DNA of 63,755 bases, counting the filler, from Conidiobolus incongruus B7586 (Eukaryota): NCBI GenBank assembly GCA_000697335.1. It is 12 parts of 12 records of this genome, joined end to end, with 100 filler letters (N's around TTAATTAATTAA, not from the genome) between each part and the next. Parts side by side here need not be neighbours in the genome. Positions count along the whole stretch, not along the records: positions 1 to 8,983 come from JNEM01004102.1; positions 9,084 to 19,254 come from JNEM01004104.1; 10 more parts are not named here. The stretch is one strand, 5' to 3'. Of this stretch, positions 1 to 12,961 are shown in pieces. A program made the position numbers and the translations under genes. The notes under the pieces were generated by a model that saw nothing but the letters and a program-made list of their open reading frames with translations, searched no databases and was not told the origin of the DNA. How positions within the stretch are numbered: position 1 is the first letter of the stretch; each line of letters opens with the position of its first letter.

Positions 1-1715
1 TATTAATTTAATATTAATATTATTATATATTATATAATAAATATATTTTAATATATATAATAATAGTTATATTGGATAGTAAAAAAAATTCAAAAAAAGA
101 TATTATAAATTAATTAATTTTATATATTAATTATTTAATTTCAATTTAAAATATTTTTAGATAACAAAAATTTACAAAATATATAAATAGAGTTAATAAT
201 GATAAAAATATTAATTTTGTATAACTCATTTATTTTTAATAATATATATTAAAAACACCTATATATTTTGATTTTAATATTTTAAAAGTATTTATTTTCC
301 TTTTGATTTTTATTTTATATTATTTTTAAAATATATTATTATTGAATTATTTTTGAAATATATATTAAATATAAATTAAGAATATGAAGTGATTATTTTA
401 GAATTCTGAGTATATTATATCAATATCAAAACAATAGATATCTAATACTGAATTACAAATTATTCAATCATTTTGATAAAAATTATTATTATATTAATTA
501 AACTATTAAATTAAAGTAATTATATTGATAAGTATACCCTGGATTTAATTGATTGTTATCTTTCAAAAGTTAAATGCCGATCTCGATTAAAGAGTTAAGG
601 AAGTAGTATTTGACAGGCTATAACATTTACTGAATCAACTATTGAAATAACTTATCAACAACCATCTTATTATAAATCACAACATAATATTAAAAATTAA
701 TCAATTGCGACCAATAACCTAAAAACAACGATCAATACACTAATGATCATTATGAACAAATTCAAATATCGTAATTCATTTATAAAACTACGGTTATTTT
801 ATTAAATTAATATATGGTGAATAAGAATATTACTAGTTCAGACTATTTTATTTCGGATTTAAATACTTCCAATATAAATAACATAATCGAACTGTAAAAA
901 TGTATATTGGTAAATTGACTAAATTTAGGTGAAAACTTAATATTCGGTTAAATGTAAGCCACATATAAATAATAATTTTATTCTAAAGTAATTTAAAAAT
1001 TTTCACATTTTGAATATCAATATAAAAATTTATTTATTTATTTAATTGAAAATAAAAATCTATTATATTTAAATTAATTCGGAATTTTTAAATTATTAGA
1101 ATTTTCCGTAATTTAAATAATTTATATAATAAATTGTATTTAAATTTTTTTTGGTTTTTAATATATTATTTAATCACTTAATTTATCGAAGTTTCATTAA
1201 ATTTTAAAATTCATTTTTAATTAATATTGAGATAATTAATATAAATTATTTGATAGTTAAGGTAATTTTTAATATCGTTAGAGTATTAAAAGGATGCATA
1301 ATCTTGACTGAGATTTTAATATGCATAACGATTATCAGCGATCAATATATTTTATTCAAAGCTTTATATTAGAGAATAATGTTACAATCCTATAGTATCC
1401 TAATATATTATATCATACTTATTGTTTAATATATTCCCCAATAAGTAATTGATGATCGAGGCAAACCTTGTAATAAGATGATTTGTTAATTATTAAACAT
1501 TTCAACAATATCAACTTGATTAGGCATATATTTTGGGATGACTTGGGTGTTAACAGAAAGTTTACGTAATTTAATCCAAGAAATGAAAATAAATTAAACA
1601 GATTGAGAATTTAAATATAATAACATATTTTGAATTTGGTATAAATATATGGCTCTAGACGATATAGTCATATTAAAGTTAATCAATTAATACTATATTT
1701 ACTTGCATTTCAAAC

Positions 1716-2354
1716 ATGTCAAATATCTCATCTCATCTGTATCAAGTTGATCAATTCTCCAAGCCAGTTCAACCATTTAAACCAAGATATGAAACTGGAA
1801 TTGACACTGGAGTATCGGTTACGGTAATCAACAAGGACAAAGTGATTTTGGAGATTAATGGAAGATATTCCGGCTACAAAGTTAAGAAGTCATCCTCCAA
1901 AGATAAGCTTCAAGCTGTGTTCTCAAGTTCAAAAGCATTTTCTTTAGTTGTTATTTTTTATTTAGTAGATCAAGAGCTATTAGATTATGCTTCTCCTATT
2001 CGCAAAAACTGGCAAGAATCAACTCTTGACGATAAGACAAAGATCTCAGTGAAGGATATAACATATGATAAAACTGATGCTCTTATGGTGGAACCCTTCT
2101 TGGAATACGAAAAAATGATCAATCAAGAGAAACTGCACAGAAAATTAGGAGAAGATGTCGATATAATAGATGGGGCCTCAAACTCTTTTTATCACCCTCA
2201 TATTCAAGGTTTGATTTTGAATGGAATTATTACTAAAGTGGATACAAAAAAGAGATCCATTGGTCAATTTTTAGAGGAAGAAATAAGTGATAAGTATGGA
2301 GTTCAATTTTACTATGGTACTGGATTTCCCGATGATTATTTTGTGATTTTGTAA
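1716..2354 (+). pseudogene. Truncated, degenerate beta-lactamase-family (serine hydrolase) paralog
   Basis: The 212-aa ORF aligns by eye with the N-terminal half of 6710..7918 (LYQVDQF, GVSVTVI, AVFSSSK, GLILNGIITKVD, VQFYYG). The LRHQAG motif has decayed to TYDKTD and the C-terminal half is missing. Confidence 0.7.
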
Positions 2355-4939
2355 ACCATAACAAATTCACAATTATTACAAGATTCTATTTAAACTTATA
2401 ATTATTCAATGAATATACATTTAACAATAAAGATAACTTGCATTATTTATTAATTATGTATTTTTCTGAATCAAATTTGTTAAGTTTTTAAATATAAGTC
2501 ATTATTAACACTTTCAATTGAAATGATATTATTCTAATATTTAATTAAAGTTTTTTAATTTTACTATTATGTATTTAATCTTAAAATTTAACTCTTAATA
2601 TCGAAGCTATTATTATTATTTTAAATAGTAACTAATAACCACTATATAAATAATTTCTTAATATTTGAAAATGCCAGTTATATTAATTTACAAGAGGTTG
2701 ATGATTTGTGTAATAAAGAGTAAAAGCAATTTTCTATTACTTCATATATATTTTTAATAATATAATTAAAAAGTGAGTTCAATTTTAAAAAATGTACTCC
2801 AAACACTTTGGAATATTCTTTTTAAATTATATGTAGGATTTGAATTGATATTAATAACTTTGGAATTATAATATCAATTAACTTTATAATGCATTTTCAC
2901 TGATTTATCAATTTACTTCAATACAATAGTAAATATCTCATAGTAAAATCTTTTTCATAATATGCATTGAATTTCCAATCAAATATATTTATAAGTCGAA
3001 TATTTTTGTAAATAAATTTGAAATTAGTAGTAAAGACAATGATTTAGATTGAGTATAAATTAAATACTATTTCAATTATTAAAAATTAATTAAAAAAATA
3101 AATATTTTAATATATTCTCTATTATCAAACTAATACCAGTTCCTATATTATTAATTTATGTAAATATTCCAAATATAACCAAGCAAGAAAAAAATTTTAA
3201 ATATTATTATCTACCCAATTATAACATGTTTGAATTTTGAATTAAATATCAAAAACTTTGGTAAAATATATTTTATTGCTTTAAATTATTGTATAGTTTA
3301 TTTCATTTTTAATAAAGAGTTATATATATATATATCAAAATTCATACATATAACAAATTCATAATAATAATTGGAGATCAATATAAAAATTAATGCTATT
3401 CAACAATTCTATCGGCTTTAAATTAGAAAGATTAGAAATCTCACCTACTCTGGTTCTAATTTAAAATTTATTATTATGAAATATCATCAGATATTATTTA
3501 TAGTAATTATTTTTAGATAATTCAAGAGTTTCATTAACTTGAGCATCAGCGTTAAATTTAATATATGTATACAACATAATATTGCTACAAACTTGCTACT
3601 AAACATTAAATTTTTATTAATTTCAATCAAATAAAATCATGTTTACAATTTGAAAAAGACCTTGTCATATAGGCAATGATGTTTCAATTATAACTTTATA
3701 CAATCTTATTAAAATAATCTTAAATCACAGAAATCAAATGCTTGACACGATATTTATTAAATGATATAATTATGAAAAAAATATAAGAATATAATATTGG
3801 TATTAATTATTAAGAAAATTGCATAATATAATTGTTTAGATCAATATATACATATCCATATGGATTAAAGTATATTATCGGAATTATGGTTTATTTTGTC
3901 CATGATTTAGTTAATTGAAAAAAAAATTTTTTGTGATATATAGGCATGAAATTATCAATGCGCATTGATAGATGCAAATAAATTAAGTAGGACTATTTTG
4001 AATAATCATTAGAAATCGGTAAATATATCCTTAATTGATATGAAATAGCCTTGAAATAGCAACATTCATAATGAAAATACTTAATAAAAGTTATTGATAA
4101 ATTGTATTCAAATGATATAGTCTAACTATTGAAAAATATATTGTTAATTTGACCGAATTTACCTTAAAAGATCAAGATCTATTTATTATAATTAATTATT
4201 GTGAATATTAATTATTCTATAAATTATATAATATTTACTTAAATCACAAAAAAGGAATATAATTAATATTTAACATTGTGATATAATTCGAAATTATCAA
4301 TTGAAATGGATACTAAATACTAGGGACTGTGAAAATCGAAGAATTTACCCTAAATCAACCTAATATTTTTCGAATGAATTAAATTTAGGATCCGATCAAT
4401 TTCCAAATATCACAGTATTTAATAGATTAGATTTTTTAATTTAATCATAAAATTCTAAATTAGTTAATATTAATTAAAATAGTTTAATATTTCTTCAATT
4501 AGGCGAATATCAAAAAATATAATTGTCAATTTTATTAAATCAAATATTTCAATTTATTCCTAATTACTAAATTATTTATTGAAGAGATGAATGCTAAAAA
4601 GATATTAATAACGTGACCAATAAAGTACTTTGAATTTTGATTATTTATAAATTTGGCAATTATAAAATGAGAAAATTTTTTTAATTAGTTAATTTGTTTT
4701 TTAATATTAAAATATAGACAAGTAACAATTTTTAATAGAACTATTAAATTCCAATGATAAGATTATTATTAGCAAAAATTTATTAAATTTAACATCTCAT
4801 AAAATATACCAAAAAATTGCTCTAGTATTTGATATGAAAATAAATATTTAATATATAAAAACAAATACTCAACTTAATATAGATAGATCTGTTGAGTCAA
4901 TATAGCTATTATTAAATTATTCAAGCTCTACTAAGTTTA

Positions 4940-6155
4940 GGAAATTGATCAGCTTGATATAACTGATATGGGATATCTGACATATTCAAAATCTGATTAA
5001 AGTAGTTGAAAAGTTTAAATCGCATTTCGAAACTGACATTGATGTTGGCGCCTCCGTTACTGTGATCCACAAAGACAAGATAATTTTGGAAATTAGTGGG
5101 GGGTATGCCGACTACGAGACAAAGACAGCTTACACCAAAGATACTGTAAAAGTTGTGTTCTCCAGCTCCAAAGCTATTACTTTGGTCGTCATCGCTTACT
5201 TGGTAGGTCAAGGATTGTTGGATTATGATGCGCCAGTCAGCAAATACTGGCCCGAATTCGCCCAAGCTAGTAAGGAGAATGTATAAATCAAGGATGTTAT
5301 GCGTCACCAAGCTGGTGTCCCTTGGGTAGAACTCCCCTTGGAATACGACGAATTGATCAATCCTGAAAAATTGTACAAGAGACTTGCTGAACAGCCTCAC
5401 GCCTTTGGTGGAGAACCCAGGCGTTGCTACCATGCCGCTATACAAGGTTTTATTTTGAATGGTATTGTAACTAGAGTCGATCCCAAGAAAAGAACCATTG
5501 GCCAAATTTTGAAGGAAGAGTTCACTGACAAGTTGGGTGTTGAATTCTACTATGGTATTAGGGATGATGAAGCATTGAAGAGAAAGGCTTTTTGGTACCA
5601 AGGTCCCAAATCTGTCTGACAGCCTAATAACAGTACCGATCTATCATATGATTCACCTTCCTTCTACGCTGAATTGCATAAAGCATTTCCATCAATTGCT
5701 GAATCTATGAACTTGCCATTATTTCGTGGTTCGAGTGAAGCACCTGCAAACCATCCCAATATTCATATTGTTGAAATGCCATAAGGAAATGGTCACACCA
5801 CTGCCACTGCATTATCTAAAATCATGTCCCAAGTAATCAGTAGCTAATCTGTCATCTCTGAAAAGACAAGAAAATTAATGCTCTAAGATTCCTTAACGCT
5901 CAATGATGAAGCAGTAAATATCACCTCCACACTCACAAAGTGTGGTCTCGTTAAATTTGACTATCCCGAAGTCAACTTAGAAGTATATGGAGGTACTGGA
6001 GTGGAGCTGGAGGCAGTTTAGTGATTATCCATCCCGAATCCGAATTCACTTTCGCTTATCTCACCAACGCCAACTATTTTGTTCCAATTGGATATGGCAG
6101 AGGCTTTGATTTATTGAAAGTTTTTTATAATGAGTTTAAACAATTGAACAAATAA
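4940..6155 (+). pseudogene. Beta-lactamase-family pseudogene (full length, disabled)
   Basis: Collinear with 6710..7918 (FSSSK, MRHQAG, CYH, GNGHTTA, LEVYGG, GRG). In-frame stops at 5284, 5617, 5782, 5845 and 5884, a frameshift near 6000, and the first 15 codons inverted (4940-4997). Confidence 0.9.
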
Positions 6156-6709
6156 TTTTTATTTATTTATTTTATTGAGTATTACCAATATTATTTTTAT
6201 TTATAATAGATATATATATATATATTTAAAGTATATCTTTAACATATTAATATTATAATTAAATATCTAAATTATTTAAATATTTGAATTAAATTGAAAT
6301 AATTGTATATATGGAACAAGTTTAGACATTTCTTATTTTAATTTTATAAATTACAAATATTTTTTGAATTTCAAATGCTTATTTTAACCATTTTCTCGGT
6401 CAAACTTTTATATAAATAATGTCCATAGTTACCTGATCATTCAAAGCAAATTAAATTTCAATTTTGATTACAAATTTTGTTGAATCATTATAGATATCTA
6501 TATTTAGATTAAATAATAAATATATGCAATTAATATTATAAAATGATTTTTAACCCCAATTTTCATTGGTTTGAATATTATTCAATATGAATTTTTACAT
6601 TTTTACAGAATCAATTTGCGGTCTTTAAGTGGTTTTTATTGAGATATTAATAAAAATATTATTATCATTTAAATTAGTCACAAATATTCATTAAAATAAT
6701 ATTAGAAAA

Positions 6710-7918
6710 CTATTTCTTTTGCCCTTCGGATTTGTATAATTGACTAAAATCTTCATAAAATGATTTCAATAAATGATATCCTCTGCCATCACCTGATAAC
6801 GTCTTCTCTCTTCCATTCATAACATAAGCAAATGCAAACTGAGATTTGGGATCGAAAACAACAAGGCTGCCACCGTATCCAGCTCCCCCATACACTTCCA
6901 AGTTCAATTCAGGATAGACAAATTTAATTAAGCCACCTTGAGTGAGAATGGTATTAAACTCAGTTACTTCATCCCTCAACTCCAATGCATCATCCAGCAT
7001 CAACTTCCTAGTCGATGCAGAAATTGGTGACTCATCACTCATCATAAGTGACAATAGTTTAGCTAATGATGTTGCCGTAGTGTGTCCATTCGCGGAAGGC
7101 AACTCGATATTGTGAAAATCAGGAGAATTGGCAGCTGCAACGCTTGAATCAAAGAACAATGGCAAAATCATAGTTTTAAAAATGAGTGGTATTTCTGTTA
7201 AATATCCTGTCATTATATTTGCTGCTTCATTTATTGGAGATTGAGTGTCATTGGATTTCCAAACTAATGAAGGATTGTCATACCAAATCGCTCTTTTTTT
7301 TAGCACTTCTTGGTCTCTAATTCCATAATAAAATTCAATATCATATTTATCGCAGAATTCTTCTTTCAAAATTTGTCCAATAGAACGTCCCTTGGAATCT
7401 ACTCGAGATACGATTTCATTCAATATAAATCCACGTGTGACTGCGTGGTAGCATCTTACAGGCTTACCATCAAATACATGGCGCTGAAGCTCAATTGCTT
7501 TGCACAATTTCTGTCGATCGATTATTTCTTCGTGAGATAAAGCGGGTTCAAACCAAGGAACACCAGCTTGATGACGTAACACATCCTTGAGGGTGACCTT
7601 GTCTTTTCCGTTTTGGCCAAATTCAGGCCAGTATTTGGTAACGAGTGCATTATAGTCAAGCAATCCTTGGTCTACCAAATAACCAATAACTAATGTAGTA
7701 ACAGCCTTGGAACTTGAAAAAATTGCTTGTAGTGTATCCTTTTTGTATGGTATCTTATTCTCAAAATCTGAGTAACCTCCACTGATCTCCAAGATAATTT
7801 TACCTTTATGTATTACAGTTACAGAAGCTCCTACGTCGATTCTAGTCTCAAAATGAGATTTAAAAGTTTCGACTACTTTAGGGAAATTATCAGCTTGATA
7901 TAATTGAAGAGGAATCAT
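6710..7918 (-). CDS. Beta-lactamase-family serine hydrolase (class C/esterase-like), 402 aa, intronless
   Basis: SxxK motif (FSSSK), LLDY..V.KYWPEF, LRHQAG, YH, LPSANG and G-x-G-x-GG motifs typical of the beta-lactamase/transpeptidase-like family. Confidence 0.92.
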   Translation of the reverse strand: MIPLQLYQADNFPKVVETFKSHFETRIDVGASVTVIHKGKIILEISGGYSDFENKIPYKKDTLQAIFSSSKAVTTLVIGYLVDQGLLDYNALVTKYWPEFGQNGKDKVTLKDVLRHQAGVPWFEPALSHEEIIDRQKLCKAIELQRHVFDGKPVRCYHAVTRGFILNEIVSRVDSKGRSIGQILKEEFCDKYDIEFYYGIRDQEVLKKRAIWYDNPSLVWKSNDTQSPINEAANIMTGYLTEIPLIFKTMILPLFFDSSVAAANSPDFHNIELPSANGHTTATSLAKLLSLMMSDESPISASTRKLMLDDALELRDEVTEFNTILTQGGLIKFVYPELNLEVYGGAGYGGSLVVFDPKSQFAFAYVMNGREKTLSGDGRGYHLLKSFYEDFSQLYKSEGQKK

Positions 7919-8983
7919 TGAAAGTTTCAGTAATGTTTAATTTGATTAATAGAATTTGTGATTTTTAAGATTTGTTAAATAACCAAGGTTTTGCAAAAAA
8001 AATATTCAATTTATATGTTGAGATGAATCAATAAAGTATTAGACCACCCAAAATGCATTAATTGGGAAATATTACTCCTATATTTTTAGGTTAATTAATA
8101 AAATCAAAATTGCAATTATATAAAATTTATGTATTCAGCATCCAAGTTAGCCATTCAGATAAAATTTAAACTATTAATATTTATGCGAAAATTAAAATCC
8201 ATACAAATTATTACAAATAATTCAGATTAAAATATATAATTAAATCATGGAATTTAGATTATTTAATATTCGCCTATTAATATTTATCATTAATTATAAA
8301 AAGAAATATTTCCAATAGTTATTTTCTTAAATTTGACATTAATAGCTATTAAATCATATATTCTCAGATTAATAATATATTATAATATTATTAATTAAAA
8401 TATTTATATCAGTACAATAATTAATTAAAATTTATATTTTAAAACTGAAATTAAATATAAATATAAATATTAATAAATATAATATAATAATATATTAATT
8501 TTATAAATTAAATATTTTTCAATATAAATAACTTTTGCTAGATTTTTGGCAAGCTTTGGATTTTTAAAAAATAATATTTTAATAAATATTAAAATTTGAA
8601 ATTTTATAAACTAATCCATTTTTTTATAAGAATTTTTATATTATGAATATAATTTTTAATTATATAAAATAGTTATTTATATAAATATATTATAATTTGG
8701 TGAATATATTTAATAAAATAATTTATTTATTATATATATATATATATTTATAATTATAATCTTTGATAATATTTAAGTTTATAAATTTTATAATTATATT
8801 TAAATATTTAAAATTTCTGATTTAAAATTATAATATTAATTTATAGAAATTGATTATAAATAGTATAAAACTAAATATTATTAGTTTATAAAGAAAAAAT
8901 CATAAATTTTTTAATATCTCTTTTTTCAAAAATATTTCTAGTTTTGAAAAATAAAATTTTAATAATATATAAAAAAATAAACA

Positions 8984-9083
8984 NNNNNNNNNNNNNNNNN
9001 NNNNNNNNNNNNNNNNNNNNNNNNNNNTTAATTAATTAANNNNNNNNNNNNNNNNNNNNNNNNNNNNNNNNNNNNNNNNNNNN
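8984..9083. other. Artificial scaffold gap linker (N-run + TTAATTAATTAA + N-run, 100 nt)
   Basis: The same linker, with stops in all six frames, recurs at 19255, 25067, 32582, 33735, 40487, 41657, 42897, 45784, 47682 and 56850. Confidence 0.97.
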
Positions 9084-12000
9084 GTTAAATATATTAAAAA
9101 TAATAAATTTTTGCTAATTATTCTTAATTAGAAGATTTTTATAATTTTAAATATTTTAGAAATTTTTTTATTAATTAAATAAAAATATTATATTCTATTA
9201 TAATTTATTATAATCAACCTTTATTTATAAATATAATATTTATTGATTAAAATTCATAAAAAATTGTTTTGATTTAATTTTAATTAAGGATTATATAAAA
9301 ACATTATAATTCATTGATTATAAAAATTAGCTATAATATCCTTGAAATTTGGATATATCTAAATAAGCCATTTTTGATTATATCTAGTTTAGTTTTTTAA
9401 TTTTAATTTAAATTATATGGTATTTATTTTATTTTTTATTAATTAAATGTAAACTCTATATATAATATATTTCAATAACTAATATTAAAATATTTTAATA
9501 TTTATTAAATAAAAAAACTTCTATATATTTTGTTATTATTTTATTAATTATAAAAGTTTTATTTTTAATTAATTTTTTTAGTCTAAATAAATTTTAAATA
9601 ATTTCTTTTTAACTTTGAAATTATTTGCTTGGCAATAAATAGTAATTTTAAACAAATCATTATCTTTATAAGCTCTTTGTGAATTTAAAATAATTTTAGA
9701 AAATAAAGGATGATAATTTAATAATATTATAATAAAGGTTTTTATATGATTATTTTTGGTTTAATCATAATTGTTTTAAATAAAAATTTTTAAAAGATAA
9801 TTAACTATTGACAATAATATTATAATTTAATAATTTAATTATTCCATAATATATATCCTTTAATTTACTTTGTATATAATTTTTTTTGAAACTAATAATA
9901 TTGCAGGTCTTTTAAAAAGTAAACTTGCAATAAGAATCACATAGATTCGATCAAACTGGGCAAGGACGACTAAAAAGATACATTAAAGGGTTTTATTAAA
10001 ATATCAACGTGTAGGGCTTAGCCTTAATCAAGATGATCCCTGAGCAAATAGGTACCCAGTAACTATTTTATAGTATGGTTAGTCCTTTGCCAATGTGTTG
10101 AAACTCTAATTACTATTATAATCTAGAATTTTCCATTGTGCAAGGATTGTTCCTAGTATTTGTGAGTGAATTACATTCAGAATCATGACAGACGGTTAAA
10201 GTTGAAAGGCAAGCGGACCTCCCAATCCGCGACAATATGTTTGAAAAACAAAATTAAAAAATTTCCCAATTTTTTGATTTTGAGGAAATAATATAATAAT
10301 TTAGCATAATACTAATATTTATTATTTAATTAATATAAGAGTTTTTAGTTTTTAATATATTATAGAAGTTGATTCAGCTTATATAGGTGATCTCTTTGGT
10401 ATTGAAAAATATTGACAAATTAAATTTTCCAAATATATAAATTAATTTAAATATTAATTTAAGTGCCAATCAATATATATTTAATATTAATATATTCAAA
10501 ATAAATTATTAAATTATTTTTACAAATCAATATCAAATAAATATTAACTTTATTATCCATTATATAATATTAATATTTTAACTTGACCTTCAAATTTTAA
10601 TGTCATTATTTCTGATAATATATTCAAATATATATTAAATACTTTCAAAATTTATCACTAAATAGTATAAAAAAATAGACAAATTTATTAATTGGATTAA
10701 AATTTAAAAAAAAATTAATGATTATTGATTAATCAAAAATATATAATAAATCTCTGAATTATGAATTTATAATAAATTTTTCAGGAAATTTAATTAATTT
10801 TATTAATAAAGATATATAACTTTATAGTAAGTTATGATTTATGAGTAAAATTAAAATATTTATTTAAATTTGATCAAATAAACTATATTGTTAATAATTC
10901 TTAATTATAAATTTTCAAATATATCAAATTATCATTATTGTTTGAATATTAAGATTATATTTATCTTGTGATATAAATAGATCTATTTAAAAAACTCAGC
11001 TTATATATAGGTCAATTAATATCAATGGGTTAAATATAGGTTCAGGGATATAAAAAATTTCCATATATCATAATTATATATTAAAAGATATTTTTAGTTA
11101 TTCAGTTTTCTCCTATATCTATTAATTAATAGAAAACTATTATAATGTTATTATAGTTTAATCTTTATATATTAAATATATCATACCTTTTGAAAATAAA
11201 AAAATATCAATATAAAAGAGTAAAAATTAAGTTAATTGCTAAATTTTACTTGCTTGATATTTATAGTAATTAAAATAGAATATTTAAGAATAATAAATTT
11301 AAATTGACTTGATTTATTGATATTCAAATCATTACTGGATTTTAATAATAAATACCAAATAACACAACTTGAAAAATAAATTCATGCTAATATTTCACCT
11401 AATAGATATTATTTATAATATTGAATATTATTATTATTCAAATTATATACAACTCCTCTGTTATAGTTTTTCATAAATTTTTAATATTATATATATATTT
11501 TAAGAAATTATTTTTCTTGAAAAATTGGCTGTATTTCATTTTCATAACTATTCTCCATTATAAACAAAATCTATTCTATACTACTATTAATATTGTAGTA
11601 ATTATTTATATACTGGGCTATATTATTTGAATCGAAAATAAGTAAAATCTATAACTTGAATTTCTAAATATCGAATTAGAATATAAAAACTCATAATATT
11701 AAAAAATCTTGCTATACATTGATTGTATATATTTTAATTTTGATCTGTGTATTTATTGATAATATAAATCAATCGATCCTTAGTTTTATATTTTGAATAA
11801 TTAACTTGGAAAAGAATTTTATTTTTGAAGATAAATATCGAATCAAGGTCTATTAAATCTTTATAGTATTTAAAATATGATCTAGTAATATGTGAATGTT
11901 TTTACAAAATATTTCCACGAGATAGGAGTCCAGTCTCATAAATTATCCTCACACTAACTCAATGTAATGGCCATTCTTCCCTCACATATAGATTCACTCA

Positions 12001-12961
12001 CTCTTTGTTCATTGATTGGCTATTCACCCAAACCACCGCAATGCCTCATAAATCACTTTATATCACCTATACTCTAAATACCAGGATTTGGATTATTCAT
12101 CCAAAGATAAAACCGATCAGGGTCTTCCTTTATACTTGACAAAATCAATAAAGCACCTTATCAGCCCATCTTATAGCCGAATTTCCTGGAACACCCCTTT
12201 TTCTTAATTCTGATCATAACAGTGTTTTCTCAAGTAGTGTTAATGATTATTAAATTTAAATTTTGAGCTTGATTTTTGATTATTTTCACCCGCATTTTCG
12301 GAAGATAATATTTATGAACTTTTTTTTTAAATGTGAGTATTTAACCTTGAATAATATTTCATCAATTTCAAATGAAATGATCTATGGAAAATTATATAAT
12401 ATATTAAATTCAAAAAATGAGGTTCATACAAACAATACATCAGCTGATAAATATCATTTATAAATCAGAAATATAATCCTTAATGGCTAAATAGTTTAGA
12501 CTAAAAAAACTTGAAAATGTAATTTAACATTAGCAATCTGGAATAAATTTTCAAAATTTTATTGAAAATTTGATAAACTAAGAAAAAACAATTGAAAAAT
12601 TTTTTTAATAATATTGGTAAAATATTGAATAAAGGTTAAAATAAGATATTGTTTCGTAAGGAAGGCAGTTTTAGAAAGCAATGGTTTTAATATTTATTGT
12701 AATCAAATACCTTGCAAATTCTAAGTATTATCTTTGATAAGATTTTAAAACCTAGTTCTCAATTTAAAATTACTGATTAATTTTAATATTTGAAGAATTT
12801 AATAATATAATGCAATATAGAAATAAAACATATAATAAAAATAAGATAAAAATATAAAAGTGAGAATTAATAATAGTGTAAAATTTTATTTAATGAAAAA
12901 TTTATTATATATAATATTGAAAAATATTGTTATACTAAAAATTTTTGAAAATTGAATATAT

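Noticed and set aside
4921..5601. 226-aa minus-strand ORF
   Set aside because: Antisense shadow of the beta-lactamase pseudogene; only its last residues are meaningful, and they come from the micro-inversion.
9200..9890. Possible IS630/Tc1 relic on the minus strand
   Set aside because: Motif resemblance is too weak to call by eye.
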